From the NCBI GenBank assembly GCA_020847735.1, contig JADLBL010000020.1, positions 69,632 to 133,631 of the forward strand: a stretch of DNA of 64,000 nucleotides, given 5' to 3'. The notes under the pieces were generated by a model. The model was not told the DNA's origin and made no database searches. It was given only the letters and a program-made list of their open reading frames with translations. The number at the start of each line of letters is the position of its first letter. The first letter of the stretch is position 1. Source of the stretch: Candidatus Eiseniibacteriota bacterium (lineage in GTDB: Bacteria > Eisenbacteria > RBG-16-71-46). Made by a program: the position numbers and the translations under genes. Shown one piece after another: positions 26,981 to 36,282 of the stretch.

Positions 26981-28909
26981 TCACGCGGGCACTTCCGCGG
27001 CGGCGCGCGCGGGGGGCGCCCAGGCGGACGGCGGTTCGGGGGCGCGATCCACCCACTGCCGGTGCCACAACTCGAGCGTCAGCAGCGTCCAAAGTTCCCG
27101 CCCGCGATCGCGACGCCCGGCCAGATGGTCGTCCACGTAACCGCGCAGCACCGCGGGCTCGAAGTAACCGCGCCCGAGGCACGCGGGGGAGAGCAGCGTG
27201 TCGGCCAGCAGTTCGCGGAGCGGACCGCGGAACCACGGTGAAAGCGGAACCGTGAACCCGACCTTCGGCCGGTCCACCACCTCGGCGGGCAGGAGCTTTC
27301 GCGCCAGGCGCTTGAGCAGCACCTTGCCTTCGAGGCCGCGGATCTTGTGTCGCGGCGACAGTCGCAGGGCCCAGTCCACGAGCGGGTTGTCGAGCAGCGG
27401 CACGCGCGCCTCGACCGAAGCGGCCATGCTCATCTTGTCCATCTTCATCAGCAGGTCGTCGGGCAGCCACAGCCGCAGGTCCGCGTCGAGCATGCGGTCG
27501 AGCGGCTCGCGCGCCGCGCTCCCGGCGAGCGCGCGCCGGAACGGGTCGGTGGCGGCCGGCGCGTGCGGGCGCAGTACCGGGCCGAGCAGCCGGTCACGCT
27601 CGCGCCCCGCGAAGCCGGCGAACCAGGCGGCGAGCCGGTCGCCCTCGTCGCGGAAGCGGGCGCTGCGTCCGACCACCTGCAGCTTGCGGAAGCCGAACGG
27701 CAACCGGTCCACGAGGTGGTCCAGGAACGGATCGCGCAGCGGCGCCGGCACGCGCGCGAGCGCGCGTGCCCACGGCTCGACGGCGTACTTGGGGTAGCCG
27801 GCGAACAGCTCGTCGCCGCCCTCGCCGGTGAGCACCACGGTGACCGTGTTCCGCGCGAGCTGCGTGACGAGGTAGGTGGGAATCGCGGCCGGCTCGGAGA
27901 GCGGCTCGTCCTGGTGCCAGACCAGCCGGGGCAGCTCGCGCAGCACGTCGGCCGCGCCGACGACGAGTTCCCGGTGATCCGTGCGGCAGTGCGCGGCGAC
28001 GAGGCGCGCGTAGGGCAGCTCGCTGTACGGCCCCGGCGCGTCGAAGCCGACCGAGAACGTCTGCACGGGCCGCTCGAGGATGCGCGACATGAGCGCCACG
28101 ACCAGGCTCGAGTCCACCCCGCCCGAGAGCAGCGCGCCGAGCGGAACCTCGCTCATCAGGTGCGAGCGCACCGAGGCCTCGAGGCGTGTCTCGACCTCGG
28201 CGAGCGCCTCGTCGTCGGACGGATCGAGGCGCGGCTCGAACGCCGGGCGCCACCAACGGCGCACCGACTCGCGGCCGCCGTCCACCGTCAGCGAATGCCC
28301 GGGGGGCAGCTTGTGAATGCCCTCGAAGAGCGTCGCGGGTGAAGCGCAGTAGCGCAGCGTGAGGTGCTCGACGACGCCCTCGGGCCGCGGCCGGCGCCCG
28401 ACGCCGGGGAACGCGAGCAGCGCCTTGATCTCGGACGCGAACGCCCATCCGCCGCCGCTGCGGGTCCAGTACAGCGGCTTGATGCCCACGCGATCGCGCG
28501 CGGCGAAGAAGCGCCGCCGCGGACGGTCCCAGAGCGCGAACGCGAACATGCCGTCGAAGCGTCGCAGGCAGTCCTCGCCCCACTGCTCGTAGGCGTGGAC
28601 GATCGTCTCGGTGTCGGAGTGCGTCCGGTAGCGGTGCCCGAGCGACTCCAGTTCCCGGCGCAGGGCGGCGTGGTTGTAGATCTCGCCGTTGTAGGCGATC
28701 CACACGTCGCCGTTCTCGTTCGAGATGGGCTGGTGGCCCGAAGTCACGTCCACGATGGCCAGGCGGCGAAAGGCGAGCCCGGCGCCCGGCTCGGCGAGGA
28801 AGCCCTCGTCGTCGGGTCCGCGGTGCCGCAGCGCGTGCGCCGCGGCCGCGAGCCACGCGGGCTCCGGCGTCCGGCCGTCGGGATCGTGGTAAGCCGCGAA
28901 ACCGCACAT
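26981..28909 (-). CDS. asnB: Asparagine synthase family amidotransferase #2
   Basis: MCGF N-terminus, LRHRGPDD, IVDVTSGHQPI, PP-loop SGGVDSS. 642 aa. Paralog of 18101-20041. Confidence 0.9.
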   Translation of the reverse strand: MCGFAAYHDPDGRTPEPAWLAAAAHALRHRGPDDEGFLAEPGAGLAFRRLAIVDVTSGHQPISNENGDVWIAYNGEIYNHAALRRELESLGHRYRTHSDTETIVHAYEQWGEDCLRRFDGMFAFALWDRPRRRFFAARDRVGIKPLYWTRSGGGWAFASEIKALLAFPGVGRRPRPEGVVEHLTLRYCASPATLFEGIHKLPPGHSLTVDGGRESVRRWWRPAFEPRLDPSDDEALAEVETRLEASVRSHLMSEVPLGALLSGGVDSSLVVALMSRILERPVQTFSVGFDAPGPYSELPYARLVAAHCRTDHRELVVGAADVLRELPRLVWHQDEPLSEPAAIPTYLVTQLARNTVTVVLTGEGGDELFAGYPKYAVEPWARALARVPAPLRDPFLDHLVDRLPFGFRKLQVVGRSARFRDEGDRLAAWFAGFAGRERDRLLGPVLRPHAPAATDPFRRALAGSAAREPLDRMLDADLRLWLPDDLLMKMDKMSMAASVEARVPLLDNPLVDWALRLSPRHKIRGLEGKVLLKRLARKLLPAEVVDRPKVGFTVPLSPWFRGPLRELLADTLLSPACLGRGYFEPAVLRGYVDDHLAGRRDRGRELWTLLTLELWHRQWVDRAPEPPSAWAPPARAAAEVPA

Positions 28910-29047
28910 CAGCGACGAACGACCGGGCGGAACCAGGCGCGCATGCGTGAATCACCGGAGGGGAGCGGGGGAACGTATCGGGGAGCGCGGATCACGCGGA
29001 AGCGTATCCCAGCGATTGCAGGCCCGGCAACGCGCGGCCGCCGGGCC

Positions 29048-30502
29048 TCATGACGCGGGCGCCCGGGAGCCGGCCGCGGGGTTTCGCGCCACCTTGTAGG
29101 CGGCGGTCCACACCGAGAACATCGCCCAGACCACGATCTGGTACGTCGGATTGCGCAGGTAGTCGATCTTGAACTCGTTGATCGCGAACAGCGCGAACTG
29201 CACGTGGGCGATGATCAGGAACGATTCGGCGTAGGGACCGTGAACGAGGTCGTCCGTCCGCGGCCGTGTCATCTGCCAGAAGCGGAACATCATGATCAGG
29301 AAGAACGCCAGCCCGATGAAGCCGACGATGTTCGCGTAATAGAGGTACACGTTGTGGGGCCACGTCGGTTCGAAGCCGAACATGGTGCCGTAGTGAGGGC
29401 CCTTGCCGACGAGCGGATGGACCCAGGCGCGCGCCCAGGCGTTCGTCCAGGCGTCGGCGCGCGAGTCGGGCATCCAGCCCCCGACCAGCTTCGTGCCCTC
29501 CAGCCGCCCCAGCAGGTCGCCCGAGCGGGTGAAGTGGGAAACCATGAAGTTCATGCCCAGGAACAACGCCAGGCCGGCGCAAGCGGCGATCGTGAGCGGG
29601 ACGACTTTGAGGCGGCGGCGAATCGACCAGAGCAGCACCGGCAGAGAGAGCAGCAGAGACAGGATCGCCCCGCGCGTGACGGTCGCGAACAGGATGAAGA
29701 CGTTCAGCACCATGAAGAGGGTGTACAGGCTGCGCTCGTTGTTGGATCGCGCGCGCGCCCAGCGAAAGCCCGCGAGCAGCAGCGTCAGCGCGCTGTACTC
29801 GGAGAGCAGCTCGTAGTCGAAGAACGCCGAGCCGATCCGGACGTTGCGGGTGCCGAAGTCGGTGCCGATCGTGTGCTGGAAGCCGAACCAGCCGGGAATG
29901 AAGTCCTGGCCCGGATGGTTCAGCTCCCACAGCCCGAGCAGGAAGATCGTCAACGCGGAGAAGAGCTGCGCGTCGTGCAGGCGCTTGAGACCACGTTCGT
30001 CGTGGACGTTGTTCGTGATCAGGAAATACATGAAGACCGAGCCCACGAACAGGATCAGGTTCCGCAGGCCGAGGTCGAGATCGATCGGGTCGCGCACGTT
30101 GCTGAACGACAGGATGTAGACGATGAACAGTCCGATCAGCGGCAGGTCGATCGGAGAGCGTCGCGGCGCCGCGAGCTGGCGCGTGGAGACGCGCACGAGC
30201 CAGAAGATGACCAGCATCAGGATGAACGCGATGTTGGTCGTTCCGAAGACGGTGCCGCGCGGGAAAGGCAGCGCGACGATCAGCAGGCTGATGCCGGCCA
30301 GCATGTCGAGCCGCCAGGTGATCCCGACGACGACCACGCTGATCAGCAGCGGGATCATTCGCTTGTCCGGGAACACGTACTGCTGGCCGATCAGGATGCC
30401 GGCGGCGGCGATCAGCAGGCCCTGCAGCCAGCGGCCGACCCCGGTCGCCTGTGAGCTTGCGGGGACGCGCGGGCGTGCCGGACTGACCGTGGGCGGATTC
30501 AT
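29048..30502 (-). CDS. O-antigen ligase / Wzy_C-domain membrane protein (putative O-glycosylation ligase or polymerase, exosortase-system-associated type)
   Basis: 484 aa with about 10-12 TM helices. Central region has a large periplasmic loop containing a conserved Arg/His block (VTRGAILSLLLSLPV...), as in the Wzy_C family. Local GC (about 58-60%) is lower than the flanks. Confidence 0.7.
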   Translation of the reverse strand: MNPPTVSPARPRVPASSQATGVGRWLQGLLIAAAGILIGQQYVFPDKRMIPLLISVVVVGITWRLDMLAGISLLIVALPFPRGTVFGTTNIAFILMLVIFWLVRVSTRQLAAPRRSPIDLPLIGLFIVYILSFSNVRDPIDLDLGLRNLILFVGSVFMYFLITNNVHDERGLKRLHDAQLFSALTIFLLGLWELNHPGQDFIPGWFGFQHTIGTDFGTRNVRIGSAFFDYELLSEYSALTLLLAGFRWARARSNNERSLYTLFMVLNVFILFATVTRGAILSLLLSLPVLLWSIRRRLKVVPLTIAACAGLALFLGMNFMVSHFTRSGDLLGRLEGTKLVGGWMPDSRADAWTNAWARAWVHPLVGKGPHYGTMFGFEPTWPHNVYLYYANIVGFIGLAFFLIMMFRFWQMTRPRTDDLVHGPYAESFLIIAHVQFALFAINEFKIDYLRNPTYQIVVWAMFSVWTAAYKVARNPAAGSRAPAS

Positions 30503-30711
30503 CGGATCGAAAGGGTCCTCGGGACGTCGCGCTGCGCTCGCATACCCGCTGAAAGTCTAGCGCGGACGATTCGTGAGCCGCCAGCCGGGAGTGAGGCCCG
30601 GCGCGCCGCGGGCGGCGCCCCGGTCCACCGCGCCGGCGTCCTCAGTGCAAGATGCAATCCGACCCCCGCCGCCCTCGCCGCCCCGCTTCGCTGTGCTACC
30701 GTGCGCCGTCC

Positions 30712-31479
30712 ATGTCCGCGCCGCGAAGCATCCCACCGGAGCCGCCCGCCGGGCAGCTCGCGCTGATCGACCCGGCGCGTGTCGCCATCGTCGTTCCCGC
30801 GTGGAACGAGGCCGGCAAGATCGGCCAGGTGGTGCGCAGGATCCCGCGCCGCTGGGCGGGGTGCGTGATCGTGGTGGACGACTGCTCCGGCGATTCGACG
30901 GCGGACGAGGCGCGCGCCGCCGGGGCGGACGTCGTCCTGCGGCACGAGCGGAATCTCGGTGTGGGCGCGGGTATCCGCACCGGCCTGCTCGAGGCGAAGC
31001 GGAGGGGCTACGAGGTCGCGGCGGTTCTCTCGGGCGACGACCAGCATGTGCCCGACGAGCTGCCGCGCATCCTCGCGCCCGTCTTCGCCGGCGAAGCCGA
31101 CCTCGTGCAGGGCTCCCGCTGGCTGCCGGGCGGCGCGACGCCCGGCATTCCGCCGGCGCGGCGCTGGCTCACCCGGCTGTATCCGCTGCTGTTCCGGCTG
31201 GCGAGCGGATTCCCCGTGACGGACGGCACGAACGGAATGCGGGCGTTCCGGCTTTCGCTGCTCGACGATCCGCGCATCCGGCTCGAGCAGGCGTGGCTCG
31301 ACCGCTACGAACTGGAGCCCTATCTGCTCTATCAGGTCGTCCGTACCGGCCATCGCGTTTGCGAGGCCCCGGTCACGGTCTGCTACCATTCACGCGGCAC
31401 GACCAAGATGAAGCTGCTGTCCGACGGCTGGCGCATCCTGCGGCCGCTCGTCTTTCTGCGCCTCGGACTGCGGCACTGA
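30712..31479 (+). CDS. GT2 polyprenyl-phosphate sugar synthase-like glycosyltransferase (DPM1/ArnC-like) #2
   Basis: VAIVVPAWNEAGKIGQVV...VIVVDDCSGDSTADEA...SGDDQHVP: GT-A fold with DxD(D) motif. 256 aa. Confidence 0.8.
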   Translation: MSAPRSIPPEPPAGQLALIDPARVAIVVPAWNEAGKIGQVVRRIPRRWAGCVIVVDDCSGDSTADEARAAGADVVLRHERNLGVGAGIRTGLLEAKRRGYEVAAVLSGDDQHVPDELPRILAPVFAGEADLVQGSRWLPGGATPGIPPARRWLTRLYPLLFRLASGFPVTDGTNGMRAFRLSLLDDPRIRLEQAWLDRYELEPYLLYQVVRTGHRVCEAPVTVCYHSRGTTKMKLLSDGWRILRPLVFLRLGLRH

Positions 31480-31494
31480 CCCCCGGAGAACCGC

Positions 31495-32460
31495 TTGATT
31501 CCGCTCGAAGACACCCGCGTCCTGGTGACGGGAGGCGCGGGATTCGTGGGCAGCAACCTGGTCCGCCGCCTGATGAGTGCCGGCGCGCGCGTGACGGTGC
31601 TCGACGACCTGTTCACCGGCCGGCTCGAGAACCTGCCCGCATCGGGTTTCGAGTTCGTGCACGGTTCGGTGTGCGAACCGGCGCTCGTCGGCAGGCTGGT
31701 GGCCGAAGCGGAGGTCGTCTTCCACGCGGCGGCGCGCAACATCGTGGTCTCGACCCAGAACCCTCGCGAGGACTTCGAGACCAACATCGGCGGAACGCTC
31801 AACGTCCTGCTCGCCGTGCGCGAGCACCCCGAGCGCGTCCGCCGGGTGCTGTACACGTCGAGCACGTCCGTGTACGGCAACCCGCGCTACCTGCCCATCA
31901 ACGAGGACGACCACCTTTCGCTGCTCACGCCGTACGCGGTTTCCAAGCTGGGCGGCGAGAACTACTGCATGGCGTTCTACGAGTCGTACGGGCTTCCGGC
32001 GACGGCGGTGCGCTACTCGAACATCTACGGACCCGGCCAGGATCCCGCGAACCCGTACTGCGGGGTGGTCGCCAAGTTCATCGAGTCGCTGTTCGCCGGC
32101 GAACCGCCGGTGATTCACGGCGACGGCAACCAGACCCGCGACTTCACGTTCATTGACGACGCCGTCGAGGCCACGGTGCGGGCCGCCACGAGCGACCGCG
32201 CGCTCGGCGAGGTGTTCAACGTCGGCACGGGGACCGAAACGCGCGTCAACGAGCTCGCCGCGCTGCTGGTGCGCATCGTCGGTTCGGACCGGGTGCCCGT
32301 GCACAAGGACCGGCGCGACGTGGACAACATCCGCCGCCGGGTGGTCAACATCGAGAAGACCCGGCGCGCCCTGCGCTGGATTCCCGAGACGACGCTCGAG
32401 CAGGGACTGCAGCTGACCGTCGCGTGGCAGCGCGCGCGGAGCTCCGCCGGCACGAGCTGA
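31495..32460 (+). CDS. NAD-dependent nucleotide-sugar epimerase/dehydratase (extended SDR; UDP-glucuronate decarboxylase/UDP-Glc 4-epimerase-like)
   Basis: VLVTGGAGFVGSNLVRRL (GxxGxxG) and YAVSKLGGE (YxxxK catalytic dyad). TTG start. Confidence 0.85.
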   Translation: MIPLEDTRVLVTGGAGFVGSNLVRRLMSAGARVTVLDDLFTGRLENLPASGFEFVHGSVCEPALVGRLVAEAEVVFHAAARNIVVSTQNPREDFETNIGGTLNVLLAVREHPERVRRVLYTSSTSVYGNPRYLPINEDDHLSLLTPYAVSKLGGENYCMAFYESYGLPATAVRYSNIYGPGQDPANPYCGVVAKFIESLFAGEPPVIHGDGNQTRDFTFIDDAVEATVRAATSDRALGEVFNVGTGTETRVNELAALLVRIVGSDRVPVHKDRRDVDNIRRRVVNIEKTRRALRWIPETTLEQGLQLTVAWQRARSSAGTS

Positions 32461-32465
32461 CCCGC

Positions 32466-33326
32466 ATGACGAAGTCCGCCCCCCCCCGAGACGGCACGGG
32501 ATCCGCGCCGAACCCCGCCGAGGTGCTGCGCCGCTCCGAGCACCACCGGCGTTTCCTCGAGCACACGCTCGCGCAGCGCACCGACGAACTCGGGCGCGCG
32601 ATGCTCCGCCAGGAATGGCACTACTACGCCGACCTGATGCGCACGCGGCCGGAAGACGCGCGCGTGCTGGATCTCGCCTGCGGCAGCGGCCTCTATTCTC
32701 TGGCGTGGGCGGAGCGCGGCGCGCGCGTGACCGGCATCGACTTCGACCGTGGACTGCTCGAAGCGGGCCGTGAGCGGGTTGGCCGGGTCGCGCCCGGGGC
32801 GCATCCGCCCGGCTGGACGGCCGGAGACGCCTCGCGACTTCCGTTCCGGGCAGGGTCCTTCGACCTCGTCTTCTGCAACTCCCTGCTCGAGCACGTCCCG
32901 TCGTGGGAGGCCGTCGTGGGCGAGGCCGCGCGCGTCCTCAAGCCGGGGGGGGTGTTCGTCGTCTACACCACCAACCGCGCGTGCCCGATTCAGGCGGAGG
33001 TGAACCACTTTCCGTTCTACTCGTGGCTGCCGGATCCGATCCAGCGTCGCGTGCTCGCGTGGATCATGAAGCACCGGCGCGACCTGGTGAACTGGACGGA
33101 CTTCCCGGCGGTCCACTGGTTCACGTTCGGACGCATGCGCAGGGCCTTCGAGGCCGCGGGCCTGGAGCCGTTCGACCGGCTCGACCTGCTCGCGCGCCGC
33201 GAGCACGGCGGACCGCGGGCGGCCCTCGCGCGTGCGAGCCGGGCGTTTCCGCCGCTCCGGTGGTCCTACCAGGTGTACGCGGTCTCCATGGCCCTCTACG
33301 GCGTGAAGCGAGCCGGACGCGCATGA
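32466..33326 (+). CDS. Class I SAM-dependent methyltransferase
   Basis: VLDLACGSGLYSL (motif I GxGxG) ... FDLVFCNSLLEHV (motif II/III). ATG at 32466; the longer ORF from 32424 is also possible. Confidence 0.75.
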   Translation: MTKSAPPRDGTGSAPNPAEVLRRSEHHRRFLEHTLAQRTDELGRAMLRQEWHYYADLMRTRPEDARVLDLACGSGLYSLAWAERGARVTGIDFDRGLLEAGRERVGRVAPGAHPPGWTAGDASRLPFRAGSFDLVFCNSLLEHVPSWEAVVGEAARVLKPGGVFVVYTTNRACPIQAEVNHFPFYSWLPDPIQRRVLAWIMKHRRDLVNWTDFPAVHWFTFGRMRRAFEAAGLEPFDRLDLLARREHGGPRAALARASRAFPPLRWSYQVYAVSMALYGVKRAGRA

Positions 33327-34744
33327 CCTTCGTCAGCCTCGTCTTCCTCGTCTTCATGCTGATCCTGTACCCGCTGTACCTGGTGCTGCCGCACCGCTGG
33401 CAGAACCACCTGCTGCTCGTCGGCAGCCTGATCTTCTACGGCTGGTGGGACTGGCGATTCCTCGGGCTGCTCGGCTTCACGAGCACGCTCGACTGGTGGG
33501 TCGGACGGCTGCTCGAGCGCACCTCGGATCCGGCGCGCCGGCGCTTCCTGCTGACCGCCTCCATCTCGGCGAACCTCGCGACGCTCGGATTCTTCAAGTA
33601 CTTCAACTTCTTCGCGGGCTCGCTCGCGTCGCTGCTGGCGCCGTTCGGGATCCACCTCGGCTGGACGACGCTGCACATCATCCTGCCGATCGGCATCTCG
33701 TTCTACACGTTCCAGTCCATGAGCTACACGTTCGACGTGTACCGGCGGCACATGCCCACCTGCCGCAGCTACCTCGACTTCATGACCTTCGTGTCGTTCT
33801 TTCCGCAGCTCGTCGCGGGCCCGATCGAGCGGGCCGTGGACCTGATCCCGCGCGTGCAGGCGCCGCGGAGCATCACCCGCGACGCCCTGACGCGCGGGCT
33901 GTTCCTGATCCTGCTCGGGCTGTTCAAGAAGATCGCCGTCTCGGACGGCGTCGCGCCCTCCGTGGACGCCGTCTACAACGCGACGCACGCGCTCTCGGGC
34001 GCCGACGTGCGGATCGCCACCTGGCTGTTCGCGGTGCAGATCTACTGCGATTTCTCGGGCTATTCCGACATCGCGCGCGGGCTCGCGAAGGTCATGGGTT
34101 TCGACCTCATGACGAACTTCGACCAGCCCTACGTGTCGGTGAACCCGAGCGAGTTCTGGCGGCGCTGGCACATCAGCCTCAGCACCTGGCTGCGCGACTA
34201 CCTCTACATCCCGATCGGCGGCAATCGCGGCACGGAGCGGCAGACCTACCGGAACCTCATGGTCACGATGGGCCTGGGCGGGCTGTGGCACGGGGCGGCG
34301 TGGAACTACGTCCTGTGGGGGATCTACCAGGGCGCGATCCTGTGCGTGCACCGGTGGTTCACGCGCGGTCGCCGCGCGCTGCGCGAGTTCGCGACGCCCG
34401 GCTGGCTTCGGGTGCTGCAGATCGCGATCTTCTTCCAGGTGGTCTGCTACGGATGGCTGCTGTTCCGTGCCCGTTCGTTCGGGCAGATCGTCGCGTTCAC
34501 GCGTGACGCGCTGCTCGAATGGCGGCTGCCGGCGCACGTCCCGACCCCGTCGCTGCCCGCGCTCGCGGGGCTCGCGCTGCTGGTCGCGCTCGAGGCCTGG
34601 CAGGCCGCGGCGGCGGGCGGCCGCGCGACGTTTTATCGCTCCTGGCCCGCGCCGGTGCGTGGCGCGGTCTACGCCGCGCTGCTCGCGGTCTTCTTCATGG
34701 GGCTGTCGAACGCCCCGACCCAGTTCATCTACTTCCAGTTCTAG
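33323..34744 (+). CDS. MBOAT-family membrane-bound O-acyltransferase (AlgI/DltB-like)
   Basis: 474 aa, multi-TM, with the conserved MBOAT His region WRRWHISLSTWLRDYLYIPIGG. ATGA-coupled to the methyltransferase. Confidence 0.85.
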   Translation: MTFVSLVFLVFMLILYPLYLVLPHRWQNHLLLVGSLIFYGWWDWRFLGLLGFTSTLDWWVGRLLERTSDPARRRFLLTASISANLATLGFFKYFNFFAGSLASLLAPFGIHLGWTTLHIILPIGISFYTFQSMSYTFDVYRRHMPTCRSYLDFMTFVSFFPQLVAGPIERAVDLIPRVQAPRSITRDALTRGLFLILLGLFKKIAVSDGVAPSVDAVYNATHALSGADVRIATWLFAVQIYCDFSGYSDIARGLAKVMGFDLMTNFDQPYVSVNPSEFWRRWHISLSTWLRDYLYIPIGGNRGTERQTYRNLMVTMGLGGLWHGAAWNYVLWGIYQGAILCVHRWFTRGRRALREFATPGWLRVLQIAIFFQVVCYGWLLFRARSFGQIVAFTRDALLEWRLPAHVPTPSLPALAGLALLVALEAWQAAAAGGRATFYRSWPAPVRGAVYAALLAVFFMGLSNAPTQFIYFQF

Positions 34745-34746
34745 GC

Positions 34747-35928
34747 ATGAATCCCCGCCGCTCCGACCTGCTCGCCACCGCGCTCTGGACGCTGGCCTTC
34801 CTGATCGCCGCCGACTTCGCGCTCGGCCGCGTGTTCCGGATGCCCGCGGACCCGCGCCAGCCGCCGGCGCCGCTCGCGCAATACTTCGATTTCGGCGCCT
34901 CGATCGAGTCCAAGATGCGCCGGATGGTGGCCGCGGAGGACTCCGCGAGCGCGCCGGTCGCGCTCGCCGGCTGGCTCGAGCCGTTCAACGACGGGAACGC
35001 GCCGCTGGCGGCGCCCGCCGGCCGGCGACTCGTCGCGGTCTACGGGCAGTCGTTCACGTTCCAGCTGACGCAGGCGCTGGCGGCGCTCGACTCGACGATC
35101 CTGCTGCGCACGCGGGGCGGTCCGTCCTCGCCCGCGAGCCACGGCTACGCGTTCTGGCAGTCCGACCGCGGCCGCGTCCACGCCGAGGTCGCCATCCTCG
35201 GCGTGCTGGCCTCGAGCGTCCGCGGGCTCGACGCCTCCTCGGCGGCCACCTGGGAGTTCGAAGCGCCGCCGCTCTACACGTACCCGCGCTACCGCGTGGA
35301 CGCCCGGGGCCGCCCGGTCCCGCACCCGCCCTACGTGCTTTCGCTCGCCGGCGTGCGCGCGGCGCTCGCGGATCCGGTCCGCATGCGCGCCTGGCAGGCG
35401 CAGCTCGCACGCGACGACGACTGGTACGACCCGCTCCTGTGGCGCGCCTCGTGGCTCGACCATTCGGTCTTCGCCCGTGTGCTGCGCCGGGCGTGGGCGC
35501 AGCGCCAGCAGCGCGAGCATCTCGCCCGCGTGCACGGCCGCGCGGGCTTTCGCGAGGATTCCGACAACCTGCGGACGCTGCGCGCGCTGATCGGCTCGTT
35601 CGTGGAGGGCTGTCGCGCCGACGGCACGCTGCCCGTCGTGCTGTTGCTCGAAGACGCCGGCTACGCGGATCATCTGTCGCGCGCGCTCGGCCCGGAGCTG
35701 GACCGGAGGGGCGCCCTGTGGATGGGAACACACGAACTGGCGGACGCGGGCAACCCGGCGAATCTCAAGGCCGATGGCCATTTCATCCCGGCCCTCAACG
35801 AGCGGCTTGCCCGGGCGCTGCTCGCCCGCCTGGATTCCGTCCGAGGGGTGGCCGGCCCGGGTATCGCTCCGCCACGCCAGGACTCCCCGCGGCGTCCGGC
35901 GCCGGCGTCCGAGCGGGCCGGAAAATGA
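34747..35928 (+). CDS. Periplasmic/membrane-anchored partner of MBOAT (AlgX/AlgJ/DltD-like O-acyl relay protein), family uncertain
   Basis: 393 aa with an N-terminal TM anchor (LLATALWTLAFLIAADFAL) then a soluble domain. Lies immediately downstream of the MBOAT gene, as in alginate and cellulose acetylation operons. Contains a DGHF motif near the C-terminus. Confidence 0.55.
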   Translation: MNPRRSDLLATALWTLAFLIAADFALGRVFRMPADPRQPPAPLAQYFDFGASIESKMRRMVAAEDSASAPVALAGWLEPFNDGNAPLAAPAGRRLVAVYGQSFTFQLTQALAALDSTILLRTRGGPSSPASHGYAFWQSDRGRVHAEVAILGVLASSVRGLDASSAATWEFEAPPLYTYPRYRVDARGRPVPHPPYVLSLAGVRAALADPVRMRAWQAQLARDDDWYDPLLWRASWLDHSVFARVLRRAWAQRQQREHLARVHGRAGFREDSDNLRTLRALIGSFVEGCRADGTLPVVLLLEDAGYADHLSRALGPELDRRGALWMGTHELADAGNPANLKADGHFIPALNERLARALLARLDSVRGVAGPGIAPPRQDSPRRPAPASERAGK

Positions 35929-36282
35929 TTGCGGCGACGTCAAAAGGCCATTGAATACCGTGTCAGAGCCTTGCTAATCTCACCCCGTGACGGAGGCGAG
36001 GGGCCGCCGTCCCGACCGTGTGGAGGACGCCGAGAACGATTCCTTGCTAACTGGGTTTGTATCGCAGGACGAGCAGGATCAAGGGCTGCGCATCGCCCCG
36101 GTGACCGGAGCAATCCGGGAGCCGCACCTCTAGGAAGTGACACCTTGGTTTTCCCCCAGTCGCTCGTACTCGAACAGTCCAGCGCGGTGTCAGAACGGAT
36201 GACTCGAGTTTCCTGAGAGCCGAGGGGCGCCGCATGCCTCCCGGCTCTGCTTGCAGGGCGACCACAACTGAGAGTCGCATCG
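35929..36282 (+). promoter_or_regulatory. ~350-nt lower-GC intergenic leader/promoter region upstream of the glycosyltransferase operon, with direct repeats CCTTGCTAA(T/C)
   Basis: GC drops well below the roughly 71% window average. CCTTGCTAATCTC at about 35971 and CCTTGCTAACTGG at about 36043 are direct repeats about 70 nt apart. Several weak -35/-10 candidates. This is the longest non-coding stretch in the locus. Confidence 0.5.

Noticed and set aside
28992-29930. 312-aa minus ORF overlapping the Wzy_C gene
   Set aside because: Arg-rich shadow of the membrane-protein frame.
29048-30502. Possibility that the low-GC Wzy_C region is a mobile element
   Set aside because: It has no flanking repeats or mobility genes. 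The composition shift is equally explained by the amino-acid bias of a Phe/Ile/Tyr-rich membrane protein. Kept only as a low-interest finding.
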